From an uncultured Gemmatimonadales bacterium (GTDB lineage Bacteria > Gemmatimonadota > Gemmatimonadetes > Gemmatimonadales > GWC2-71-9), in assembly GCA_963798915.1 (NCBI GenBank), contig CAWCVB010000003.1:1-64000 (forward strand): DNA of 64,000 bases. Direction: 5' to 3'. Both the position numbers and the translations under genes were made by a program. Below the pieces are notes generated by a model, which was not told the DNA's origin, did not search any database, and saw nothing but the letters and a program-made list of their open reading frames with translations. Numbering within the stretch: the stretch's first letter is position 1; each line of letters starts with the position of its first letter. Shown one piece after another: positions 30,931-40,136 of the stretch.

Positions 30931-31904
30931 CTGATGAGCGTGCACCAGGTACGGCAAGCGGTGGCGACCACAGCCGGCTGCTGCAGAAGCAGGTCGGGCG
31001 CCGGCACGCACTGAAGATCCTCGCGGGGGGCGTCGCCGCCGGCACGGGGGCGGTGAGTGCGTGCTCTCCCCTCAGTGTCGCCACCAGCGAAGAGCGTGAA
31101 ACCAGGCAGCTGGCCTGGAAGGAGTACATCAAGGGGAATTACCGCCTGATGACCGACACGGAGCGGGCGGAGACCATCACCCGGCTGGAGCGACTGGCCA
31201 AGCTGCGGCAAGGGATCGAGGTGGATATCCGGTCCACCGGCGCGCAGCCCGGCGTCATGTTCGGTTACGCGTTCAACATCTCGAAATGCAAGGGATTTCG
31301 GCGCTGTGTCGAGGCATGCATCAACGAGAACAATCTCGACCGGCGCGGGGACACTCAGTACATCCGCATCTTCGAGATGGAGGACGGGGTGGTCGACCTC
31401 GACGAGGCTGATGCGACCTTCCAGCATGAGGTGCCGGCAGAGGGCCATTTCTACCTCGGAACCCAGTGCTTTCAGTGCGCCAATCCGCCCTGCGTGAGGG
31501 TCTGTCCAGTTGGTGCGACCTGGCAGGAGCCGGACGGGATCACCGTCATCGACTATGACTGGTGCATCGGATGTCGCTACTGCATGGCCGCGTGTCCGTA
31601 CTGGGCCCGCCGCTTCAACTGGAGCGCGCCGGAGGTTCCAGCCGCCGAGGTGAATCTCGACCAGCACTACCTGGGCAATCGCGCGCGCAAGAAGGGCGTG
31701 GTGGAAAAGTGCACATTCTGCATCCACCGTACCCGGCAGGGTCGGCTGCCGGCGTGCGCCGAGGCCTGCCCCACCGGAGCGCGGGTCTTCGGCAACCTGC
31801 TGGATCCCGACTCGGAGATCCGCTGGGTGCTCGCGAACAAGCGCGTCTTCCGCCTGAAAGAAGATCTCAAGACGGAACCGCGCTTCTGGTACTTCAGCGA
31901 CTGA
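30927..31904 (+). CDS. 4Fe-4S dicluster electron-transfer subunit (NrfC/DsrO/PsrB-like)
   Basis: Tat-like GRRHALK; CKGFRRCVEAC, CFQCANPPCVRVCP, CIGCRYCMAACPY, KCTFC..PACAEACP. Confidence 0.9.
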   Translation: MTDERAPGTASGGDHSRLLQKQVGRRHALKILAGGVAAGTGAVSACSPLSVATSEERETRQLAWKEYIKGNYRLMTDTERAETITRLERLAKLRQGIEVDIRSTGAQPGVMFGYAFNISKCKGFRRCVEACINENNLDRRGDTQYIRIFEMEDGVVDLDEADATFQHEVPAEGHFYLGTQCFQCANPPCVRVCPVGATWQEPDGITVIDYDWCIGCRYCMAACPYWARRFNWSAPEVPAAEVNLDQHYLGNRARKKGVVEKCTFCIHRTRQGRLPACAEACPTGARVFGNLLDPDSEIRWVLANKRVFRLKEDLKTEPRFWYFSD

Positions 31905-31911
31905 GGCAACT

Positions 31912-33219
31912 GTGCATCTGAGGCCGTTCCTGCTCACCGCGCTGCAATCGGCCACCTCGGGCAGCCGGCGTTACCACCTGTGGATGGCCGCGCTGACGGG
32001 CGTCATGCTTCTCGGCGGCCATGCCTACTACGAGCAGGTACGGTATGGCCTCGGAGTCACCGGCATGAGCGACCATGTGAGCTGGGGTCTGTACATCTCC
32101 AACTTCACCTTCCTGGTCGGCATGGCGGCGGCGGCCATGATGCTGGTGCTGCCGGCCTATATCCTGGAAAACGTCGACTTCAGCCGCGCGGTGCTCCTGG
32201 CCGAGGGGGTGGCCGTGGCCGCGCTGGTGATGTCACTCTCGTTCGTCGTGGTCGACCTGGGCAATCCGTTCGCCTCCTGGCACCTGATTCCCCGCATCGG
32301 CTACCTGAACTGGCCCCGGTCGCTCCTCGCATGGGACGTGATCGTCCTGAATGGCTACCTGGCCCTGAACCTGGCGATCCCGTTCTACATCCTGTACAGC
32401 CACTTCGCCGGGCGCTCGCCGCCCAAGAGCAAGTATCTCCCCTGGATGTACGTCTCAGTGATGTGGGCGGTGAGCATCCATCTGGTCACGGCGTTCCTGC
32501 TCGCGGGCCTGCCGGCCCGCCCGTTCTGGAGCAGCGCGCTGCTGGGCCCCCGGTTTCTCGCCTCGGCGTTCACCGCGGGTCCGGCATTCATGATCCTGCT
32601 GCTCTACTTCATCCGCAAGACGACCACGTATCCCATCGCAGAGGGCGCCTTCTCGAAGCTGGCGCTGATCACCACTGTCGCGGCGCAGATCAACCTCGTG
32701 ATGCTGCTCTCGGAGCTCTTCTATGAGTTCTACTGGCCCACCCATCATGGCCTCAGCGCCTACTATCTCTTCTTCGGTCTCGATGGGCACCACGCGCTTG
32801 TCCCGTGGATCCGGACGGCGGTCGCCCTCAATATCCTGGCGACATTGGCGCTCATGATTCACCCGGTGCGGCGCAACTCACGATTGCTGATGCTCGCCTG
32901 TAGCACGCTGTTCGTCGCCATCTGGATCGAAAAGGGCCTGGGACTCGTGATTCCCGGTTTCATCCCCTCCCCGCTGGGTGAGATAGTCGAATACATCCCA
33001 ACGTGGGTGGAGCTGCGCGTGACAGCCGGCATCTGGGCCCTGGGTCTCTTCGTGCTCACGGTCCTGGTCCGGGTGGCGCTTCCGATCGAGCTGGGTGAGG
33101 TGCGAAGCCCATTCCAGCAGGTTCGCCACGGAGCGTCGCAGACGCGTTCGGTCGCTGCCATCCGGCCGCGCACCGCTCGTGCGAGGCAGGAGGAGGTCCC
33201 GCCGGTTCGGACCCGGTGA
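31912..33219 (+). CDS. NrfD/PsrC/DsrP-family membrane quinol-interacting subunit
   Basis: GLGVTGMSDHVSWGLYISNFTFLVG, VDLG.P, SIHLVTAFL, PRFLASAF, WIEKG.GLVIPGF.PSPLGE; ~10 hydrophobic helices. Confidence 0.9.
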   Translation: MHLRPFLLTALQSATSGSRRYHLWMAALTGVMLLGGHAYYEQVRYGLGVTGMSDHVSWGLYISNFTFLVGMAAAAMMLVLPAYILENVDFSRAVLLAEGVAVAALVMSLSFVVVDLGNPFASWHLIPRIGYLNWPRSLLAWDVIVLNGYLALNLAIPFYILYSHFAGRSPPKSKYLPWMYVSVMWAVSIHLVTAFLLAGLPARPFWSSALLGPRFLASAFTAGPAFMILLLYFIRKTTTYPIAEGAFSKLALITTVAAQINLVMLLSELFYEFYWPTHHGLSAYYLFFGLDGHHALVPWIRTAVALNILATLALMIHPVRRNSRLLMLACSTLFVAIWIEKGLGLVIPGFIPSPLGEIVEYIPTWVELRVTAGIWALGLFVLTVLVRVALPIELGEVRSPFQQVRHGASQTRSVAAIRPRTARARQEEVPPVRTR

Positions 33220-33264
33220 TCCGCGAGCTGGCACACTGTTAGTCGAGGTTTCTCTTGCGAGGGT

Positions 33265-34218
33265 ATGGACATGACGCAACTCAGGCCAAACGATACTCGA
33301 TTGTCGCTCGCCGCTCTTGCCGCAGGGTTCATTGGGGGCGCTGGCGTGGCTGGCGCACTGTTTCTCGCCGGCGTGGTCCCCGCACTGGCCGGCCTGGTGG
33401 GAGTAGGTGTCTGGGTGTTGCTCGCCACCGCCATCAAGTACACCGACCAGTGGGAGAAGGCCGTGGTCCTTCGCCTCGGCCGCTACCGGGGCCTGCGAGG
33501 GCCTGGCTACTTCACCATCGTCCCGATTGTCGACCGGCTGGCCTACACCATCGATCAACGGATCCGGACCACCGCCTTCGGGGCCGAGTCGTGCCTGACC
33601 CGTGACACCGTGCCGGTCAACGTGGACGCCATCGCATTCTGGATCGTGCGTGATGCCGAGCGGGCCGCGCTGGAGGTGCAGGACTACGACGAAGCGGTCA
33701 TCCTCTCGGCGCAGACCGCCTTGCGGGATGCCATCGGCAAGCATGACCTCGCCGAGATGATCCAGGCACGGGTGGAGCTGGGTCAGGGACTCAAGGTCGC
33801 GCTGGAGCAGAAGATGGCGACGTGGGGAATTCACGTGCAGTCGGTGGAGATCCGTGACATCATCATTCCCGAGGCGCTCGAGGATGCCATGTCACGCCAG
33901 GCGCAAGCGGAGCGGGAGCGGCAGGCGCGTATCATCCTCGGCACAGCCGAAACCGAAATCGCCCACAAGTTCGTGGAAGCCGCGGACGCCTATCGCGATC
34001 ACCCCGCGGCCATGACCCTGCGGGCCATGAACATGCTCTACGAGAGCATCGCAAAGCGAGGGTCGCTCATGGTCGTGCCATCCGGGCTGGCTGATTCGCT
34101 GAACGTCCCGTCGATGATGGGCCTGATGGGTGCCACCGGACTCCTCCCGCCAGACGGCTCGGCCGGCAAATCGGCAGTGCCTGGGCGGGAGGCGACAAGC
34201 GAAACGAAGGAGCGGTAG
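33265..34218 (+). CDS. SPFH/band-7 (stomatin-like) membrane protein
   Basis: QWEKAVVLRLG, LTRDTVPVNVDA, AQTALRDAIG, AMSRQAQAERERQAR. Confidence 0.92.
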   Translation: MDMTQLRPNDTRLSLAALAAGFIGGAGVAGALFLAGVVPALAGLVGVGVWVLLATAIKYTDQWEKAVVLRLGRYRGLRGPGYFTIVPIVDRLAYTIDQRIRTTAFGAESCLTRDTVPVNVDAIAFWIVRDAERAALEVQDYDEAVILSAQTALRDAIGKHDLAEMIQARVELGQGLKVALEQKMATWGIHVQSVEIRDIIIPEALEDAMSRQAQAERERQARIILGTAETEIAHKFVEAADAYRDHPAAMTLRAMNMLYESIAKRGSLMVVPSGLADSLNVPSMMGLMGATGLLPPDGSAGKSAVPGREATSETKER

Positions 34219-34282
34219 AGGGGGTTGCCGCTGATGGCAACGGCGGCGGGCCCGACCGTTCGTCACGGCCCAGCCTCCAGCA

Positions 34283-34657
34283 TCACTTTCGGCTGAGCAA
34301 GGCCAGCCGCACGGCGTCCACGACGATCTGCAGGTCGTCCATCTTGCTGACGAGTGGCACGCCCCGCGCCTCGATGGGTCCGTGCACTGATGGCTCGTGG
34401 GCCAGGCCCGTGAGGAACACGACGCGACTGCGCAGGCGCGGCGCCCGAGTCACCATGGCATCGTAAAGTGCCAGACCGTTCAATTCGGGCATCAGCACGT
34501 CGCACACCACGGCGTCGACCGACTCGCCATCCGCCACGATATTGATCGCTTCGGGTCCGCTCGCGGCTTCGAGCACCATCATGCCGGCCCTCTCGAGCAG
34601 CTTGCGCAGGGCCCGGCGGACCGTGGCTTCGTCGTCCACGACAAGCACGGTAGGCAT
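34283..34657 (-). CDS. Single-domain response regulator
   Basis: MPTVLVVDDE, VCDVLMPELNG, FLTG, SK. Confidence 0.85.
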   Translation of the reverse strand: MPTVLVVDDEATVRRALRKLLERAGMMVLEAASGPEAINIVADGESVDAVVCDVLMPELNGLALYDAMVTRAPRLRSRVVFLTGLAHEPSVHGPIEARGVPLVSKMDDLQIVVDAVRLALLSRK

Positions 34658-34704
34658 CCGCCAAATACCGGTGCACCCTGCCCAGGAGTCAAGGCGGGTG
34701 CCGT

Positions 34705-34734
34705 TTGACCCCTGCTCCCGAAGTCGGCTACCTT
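34705..34734 (+). promoter_or_regulatory. Promoter for a leaderless tig transcript
   Basis: TTGACC-N18-TACCTT, 7 nt before the ATG; no SD sequence. Confidence 0.6.
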
Positions 34735-34741
34735 TCCCGCC

Positions 34742-35998
34742 ATGACGACGGAAATACTGGTCGAAAAGACCGCTGAAGACGTGGCCTCGCGTTCGCTCAA
34801 GGTGACGGTGCCGCTGGAACGGGTGCAGGCCGCCGAAGACAAGGCGCTGAAGTACTACGCCAAGCGGGCTCGCCTTCCTGGCTTCCGGCAGGGCAAGGCG
34901 CCGGAGGCCGTGGTTCGGCGCCGCTTTGGCGACGCCATCCGGCAGTCGGCACTCGAGGAAGTGGTGCGGGATGGCTGGGAAATGGCCAAGTCCAGCGAGG
35001 CGCTGGAGCCGGTGACGGAGCCCAGCGTCCGGAACCTCAAGTTCGAGGAAGGAAGCCCGGTCGAGTTCGAGCTGTTCGTGGAAGTGCGGCCATCCATCAG
35101 TCTCGAGCGGACCGGCGGCTTCAAGCTCGTGCGTACGGTCCCGACGGTTGGGGAGGAGGCCGTCGCCGACCAGCTCGAGAACATCCGCGAGCAGAAGGCA
35201 ACCTGGCTGCCGGTGGAAGGCCACAAGCCCACCCCAGGCCAGATGGTCCAGCTGGAGGTCACGGCGCTCGACGGGGAGGGCGCGGCCGAGGCCCAGCCCC
35301 ATTCGCTGGTCCTGGGCGAGCAGCGCGCGGTTCCGGACCTCGAGGAGCTGGTGATGCAGCTCCTGCCGGGTGAGACGCGCGAGGGTGAAATCCGCTTCCC
35401 CGACGATCACCCGGATGAGGCGCGGCGGGGACAGTCACGCAAGGTGCGGGTCACCCTGCTCGACGTGAAGCGGAAGGAGCTGCCGGACCTCAGTGACGAG
35501 CTGGCGCGGGAAGTCGGGGAGTTCGAGTCGCTGGAGCAGCTCCGGAGCGCCATCACCGAAGACCTGACGCGCGAAGCCAGCCGCGAGGCTGACGCCCGGC
35601 TGCGTGATGACCTCATCCGCCAGATTGCCGAGGCCAACAACGTCCCTGCCCCCGAGTCGCTGGTGCACCGGGTGATGCATGCCTACGCCCACGGCTACAA
35701 CATTCCCGAGACCGAGTTCGCGTCCTTTGAGGCGCAGTTCCGGCCCATCGCCGAGGCCACCGTGCGCCGCGACCTCATCCTGAGCGCGGTGTTGGAACAG
35801 GGTCAGCTGCGAGCCACCGAGGAGGAAATGGACGCCCGCGTGGCGGAGATGGCCAAAGCGCGGGGCGTGGAAACGGGACAGCTCTACGCCGGCCTGCAGA
35901 AGGCCAATCGCCTGCCCGAGATCGAGCGGGCGCTCACCGAGGAGAAGGTCTTTGCTCATCTCCTCGCGCAATCCACCGTTGACGAAAAGACGGACTGA
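34742..35998 (+). CDS. tig: Trigger factor
   Basis: [10 protein letters not shown] ribosome-binding signature, FKBP-like middle domain, upstream of clpP-clpX. Confidence 0.96.
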   Translation: MTTEILVEKTAEDVASRSLKVTVPLERVQAAEDKALKYYAKRARLPGFRQGKAPEAVVRRRFGDAIRQSALEEVVRDGWEMAKSSEALEPVTEPSVRNLKFEEGSPVEFELFVEVRPSISLERTGGFKLVRTVPTVGEEAVADQLENIREQKATWLPVEGHKPTPGQMVQLEVTALDGEGAAEAQPHSLVLGEQRAVPDLEELVMQLLPGETREGEIRFPDDHPDEARRGQSRKVRVTLLDVKRKELPDLSDELAREVGEFESLEQLRSAITEDLTREASREADARLRDDLIRQIAEANNVPAPESLVHRVMHAYAHGYNIPETEFASFEAQFRPIAEATVRRDLILSAVLEQGQLRATEEEMDARVAEMAKARGVETGQLYAGLQKANRLPEIERALTEEKVFAHLLAQSTVDEKTD

Positions 35999-36002
35999 CC
36001 TG

Positions 36003-36611
36003 ATGGCCACGATCTACCCGCCGTACATCATCGAACGGTCGAGCCGCGGCGAGCGGACTTACGACATCTTCTCACGCCTGCTGATGGACCGCATCGTCTT
36101 CCTCGGCGCGCCCATCAACGATGATGTGTCCAACATCATCATCGCGCAGCTGCTCTTTCTCGAGGCCGACAATCCCGAGAAGGACATTTACCTGTACATC
36201 AACTCGCCGGGCGGGGTGGTCTCGTCGGGGATGGCGATCTACGACACGATGCAGCACCTGCGGGCCCCGGTCAACACGATCTGCATGGGCCTGGCCGCGT
36301 CCATGGCGTCCTTCCTGCTGGCCGCCGGCACCGCGGGCAAGCGCAGCGCCCTGCCCCATTCCCGCATCATGATCCACCAGCCGTCGGGCGGGGCCCAGGG
36401 CACCGCTGCCGACATCGAGATCCAGGCCCGGGAGATCCTGTACCTGCGGTCCAAGCTCAACGACCTGTATGCCCGCCACACCGGCCAGCCGATCGAGACC
36501 ATCGAGCGGGACATGGATCGCGACCGGTTCATGAGCGCCGATGAGGCCAAGGCCTACGGCCTTATCGACAGTGTCTTTACGCCCCGGCGGGAGCTGGTCC
36601 CCAAGGCTTGA
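36003..36611 (+). CDS. clpP: ATP-dependent Clp protease proteolytic subunit
   Basis: [37 protein letters not shown]. Confidence 0.98.
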   Translation: MATIYPPYIIERSSRGERTYDIFSRLLMDRIVFLGAPINDDVSNIIIAQLLFLEADNPEKDIYLYINSPGGVVSSGMAIYDTMQHLRAPVNTICMGLAASMASFLLAAGTAGKRSALPHSRIMIHQPSGGAQGTAADIEIQAREILYLRSKLNDLYARHTGQPIETIERDMDRDRFMSADEAKAYGLIDSVFTPRRELVPKA

Positions 36612-36692
36612 CGCCGGACCATGCGGGTGGCCACCTTATGGGTGGCTCCCCTTTTGCAGTGTCAGGATTTTCCAGTTTTCACAAGCGGGCCC

Positions 36693-37940
36693 ATGTCGAA
36701 CGATAAGCACCTTCGTTGCTCCTTCTGTGGCAAGAGCAAGGACTCGGTCCGGAAGTTCATTTCCGGTCCGTCCGTTTACATCTGCAACGAATGCATCACC
36801 CTCTGCAATGAGATCCTTGCCGAGGACGAAGAACGCGAAGTTGCCGATAACATCACCCAGGTCCCGACGCCGCAGGAGCTGAAGGACGTCCTGGACCAGT
36901 ACGTGATCGGCCAGGACACCGCCAAGCGGGCCCTGGCCGTTGCCGTGTACAACCATTACAAGCGGATCAATGCCCAGAGCGGCCGGGATTCCGACGTCGA
37001 GCTGGACAAGTCCAATATCCTGCTCATCGGGCCCACCGGCACCGGCAAGACGCTGCTGGCCCAGACCCTCGCCCGCATCCTCGATGTCCCGTTCACCATC
37101 GCCGACGCCACCACCCTGACCGAAGCCGGCTATGTCGGCGAGGATGTGGAGAATATCCTGGTCCGGCTGCTGCAGGCGGGCGAGTTCAACGTGGCCGAGT
37201 GCGAGCGCGGCATTGTCTATATCGACGAAATCGACAAGATCGCGCGGAAGAGCGAGAACCCCAGCATCACGCGTGACGTCTCGGGCGAGGGAGTCCAGCA
37301 GGCGCTGCTCAAGATCCTGGAGGGCACCATCGCGAGCGTGCCGCCACAGGGCGGCCGGAAGCATCCCCAGCAGGAATACATCCAGATCAATACGCGCGAC
37401 ATCCTGTTCATCTGCGGCGGCGCCTTTGACGGCCTCGAAAAGATCATCGAGACCCGGACCGGCCGCCAGCAGATCGGTTTCGCCAACGCGACGCGTGGCC
37501 CCCGCGCCGGGGTCAACGAGAAGGACCCCTTCGCCGATGTCGAGCCGGATGACCTCCTGCGCTTCGGGCTCATTCCCGAACTGGTTGGCCGCCTTCCCGT
37601 CTCGGTGCCGCTGCAGTCGCTCGATGAAGAGGCGCTGGTGCGCATCCTGCTCGAGCCGAAGAATGCGCTCACCAAGCAATACAAGAAATTGTTCGAACTC
37701 GAGAATGTCGGGCTGACCTTTGATCCCGAGGCGCTGCGCGCCGTGGCGACGAAGGCGCTCAAGCGCGGCACTGGCGCGCGCGGGCTCCGAAGCATTCTCG
37801 AAACCCTCATGACGGACATCATGTTCGACCTGCCCACCCGGGACGATGTGCGCGAGGTGGTCATCACCCGCGAGTCCGTCACCGAAGGCACCCAACCGCT
37901 GATCGTGACCGAGCGTCCGCGCGCCAAGCGCGAGGCGTGA
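36693..37940 (+). CDS. clpX: Clp protease ATP-binding subunit ClpX
   Basis: CSFCGK..ICNEC zinc finger, [33 protein letters not shown] loop. Confidence 0.98.
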   Translation: MSNDKHLRCSFCGKSKDSVRKFISGPSVYICNECITLCNEILAEDEEREVADNITQVPTPQELKDVLDQYVIGQDTAKRALAVAVYNHYKRINAQSGRDSDVELDKSNILLIGPTGTGKTLLAQTLARILDVPFTIADATTLTEAGYVGEDVENILVRLLQAGEFNVAECERGIVYIDEIDKIARKSENPSITRDVSGEGVQQALLKILEGTIASVPPQGGRKHPQQEYIQINTRDILFICGGAFDGLEKIIETRTGRQQIGFANATRGPRAGVNEKDPFADVEPDDLLRFGLIPELVGRLPVSVPLQSLDEEALVRILLEPKNALTKQYKKLFELENVGLTFDPEALRAVATKALKRGTGARGLRSILETLMTDIMFDLPTRDDVREVVITRESVTEGTQPLIVTERPRAKREA

Positions 37941-38533
37941 GCTCAGCCCTTGGCGGACTGCCGGTCGCGTTCGTCGGCTCCTTTCCTGACCCGGACGTCC
38001 CGCTCGATCCACCGCTGCCCGAAATCGCCTTTGTCGGTCGTTCCAACGTCGGCAAGTCCAGCCTGCTGAACGCGCTTACCGGCCAGGCCGGCCTGGCCCG
38101 TGTCAGTGGCACGCCTGGCAAGACCACCTTGGTGAACGTCTTTCGCCTGCCGGAGTTCTACCTGGTTGACTTGCCCGGCTACGGCTACGCGCGTGCCAGC
38201 CACTCGGAGCGGCAACGCTATCGGACGCTCCTGTCGGGCTATCTGGAGGGCCGCAGCCGCCTGGCGGGGGTCGTCTGGCTGCTCGACCTGCGCCACCCAC
38301 CTTCCAGCGAGGACCTCGCCATGCAGCAGCTCCTGATCGGTGCAGGGCGGGCCACCCTCGCCGTCTTCACCAAGGCAGACAAATTTCCCCATGCGCAGCG
38401 GCTCAGCCGGGAGCGCGAACTGGCAGCGGCCTTGGGCTTGCAGGATGACCAGGTGCAGGTCGTGAGCAGCCGCTCAGGGCTTGGAATTGCCGAGCTGGGC
38501 GAGAGTATCCTGATGGCAGGAGGACGGTCATGA
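37937..38533 (+). CDS. engB: Ribosome-biogenesis GTPase EngB/YihA
   Basis: [29 protein letters not shown]. Confidence 0.95.
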   Translation: MSSALGGLPVAFVGSFPDPDVPLDPPLPEIAFVGRSNVGKSSLLNALTGQAGLARVSGTPGKTTLVNVFRLPEFYLVDLPGYGYARASHSERQRYRTLLSGYLEGRSRLAGVVWLLDLRHPPSSEDLAMQQLLIGAGRATLAVFTKADKFPHAQRLSRERELAAALGLQDDQVQVVSSRSGLGIAELGESILMAGGRS

Positions 38534-39129
38534 GGCAGGTCTACCTGGCGGGCCTCCTGGTGCTATGCGCCAGCGGCGCCCACGCCCAGAATCCGCCCCA
38601 TTCCGCGGCGGCCGACAGTACTGCGCCGCGGCTCTATGGCCGTCTCAATCAAAGCGACATTGCGATCCGCTTGCGGAACGACGAACTGGAATTGCGGTTC
38701 GTGCCGCTCGACCCGAGGCTGATGGGGCTCCTCGCCGAGGACGGGGCGAAGGCGCTCGAACGGCTGGTGTCGAGCCGGCGTCCGGCGATCGACTCCGCCG
38801 GCCGCGACGCCGGCGTCTCCGAACCGGGTCTGGCGCTGGTCAATTTCTTTGGGCTGAAGGATGGCGTGCGGTTCGACCCGCAGCTGCTCACCATCTTCGT
38901 GCGTGGACGGTTGCTGCGGCCCATGGCCATCGTGGGCATGAGTCCCCGCTTCGGCAGCGGGCAACTCGCCGCCCGCGAGTCGGTGATGGCGATCTACCTC
39001 TACGAGGAATCGCTACCGGTGTGGGATCCCTTCCAGCTCATGTATGGCGCCCTGACCTCGGCCGACTGGGACCAGCGCCTGCCGCTGCTCCAGCGTGAAC
39101 GCCAGCGGCTTCAGGGGCAGACGCCCTGA
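38530..39129 (+). CDS. Exported hypothetical protein
   Basis: AGGAGG RBS, signal peptide ending AHA-Q, ATGA overlap with engB. Confidence 0.75.
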   Translation: MRQVYLAGLLVLCASGAHAQNPPHSAAADSTAPRLYGRLNQSDIAIRLRNDELELRFVPLDPRLMGLLAEDGAKALERLVSSRRPAIDSAGRDAGVSEPGLALVNFFGLKDGVRFDPQLLTIFVRGRLLRPMAIVGMSPRFGSGQLAARESVMAIYLYEESLPVWDPFQLMYGALTSADWDQRLPLLQRERQRLQGQTP

Positions 39130-39258
39130 GGTGACATGCCGCCGCCGGACGGCCGGCGAGCCGGCTGGCTTCCCCGACCTTGCGATGACCTGCTCGCCAC
39201 GCCCTCTGCCCCGCCGTACCCGCCCCGGGCTAGTTTCCGCCATTCCCCTGGAGGATCC

Positions 39259-40104
39259 ATGACGCAGCAACCCCTGCGTAACCTGAGCCTGCCCGAGGCG
39301 GATCGCCGCGCCATGTCCGACTGGCTCGCCCAGCTGGACGATCAGCTGAGCGCCGAGGATGCCGACTGGGGCCGCATTGCCCGGGACACGCTGCTGCAGA
39401 TCTATTATCCTGGCGTCAGCGACTACGAGGAGCGCATCGCCGACCCGTCCCTGCCGCCCGCCGCGCGGCTGGCCCTCCGCGCGCTCGATCCCCACGCCGT
39501 CACGCTCGAGCCCGAGTACTACGCCGATGTCGATCCGGTGCGATTCGCCCGCGTCAAGCCATTACTCTGGCTCTGGTATTCGTTCGACCGCTCCCCGCTC
39601 GGTGGCCAGAACGTGGACCTGGGCGTGCAGTTCCGCCGGGTGCTCGCGCCCCATGTGTTCGCGCGCTGCGGGCGCAATTTCAAGTGTTTCCAGCACGTGG
39701 AGTTCTCGTTCGGGTACAACCTGGAGGTCGGCGACGACTGTGTGATTCACCGCCACGTGCTGCTGGATGATCGGGGCGGCATCCGGCTCGGCAACCGGGT
39801 CAGCATCTCCGATTATGCGAACATCTACAGCCATACCCACAGCATCGTGGACCAGAAGGATGTGACCAGCGTCGGCACGCGGCTCGAGGATGATGTCCGC
39901 GTCACCTATCACGCGACCGTGCTGGCCGGCGTGCACGTGGGAGCCAATGGCATGGTGGGCGCGATGGCAGTCGCCACCAAGGACGTGCGGGCCTGGCACG
40001 TGAACGTGGGCATTCCGGCAAAGTCGGTCCGGGTCAAGCCCAATGCGCCGCCAGAGGCATACGTGACCGAGCGCGTCGCGCGGCACGGGGAGTCGGGCAG
40101 CTGA
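39259..40104 (+). CDS. Hexapeptide-repeat acyltransferase
   Basis: GGAGG RBS; VGDDCVI, LGNRVSISDYANIYSH.H, VLAGVHVG..GMVGAMAVATKDV, GIPAK. Confidence 0.88.
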   Translation: MTQQPLRNLSLPEADRRAMSDWLAQLDDQLSAEDADWGRIARDTLLQIYYPGVSDYEERIADPSLPPAARLALRALDPHAVTLEPEYYADVDPVRFARVKPLLWLWYSFDRSPLGGQNVDLGVQFRRVLAPHVFARCGRNFKCFQHVEFSFGYNLEVGDDCVIHRHVLLDDRGGIRLGNRVSISDYANIYSHTHSIVDQKDVTSVGTRLEDDVRVTYHATVLAGVHVGANGMVGAMAVATKDVRAWHVNVGIPAKSVRVKPNAPPEAYVTERVARHGESGS

Positions 40105-40136
40105 AGCGCCGGCGGCGGATCCGGCTGCCGGCGGCC

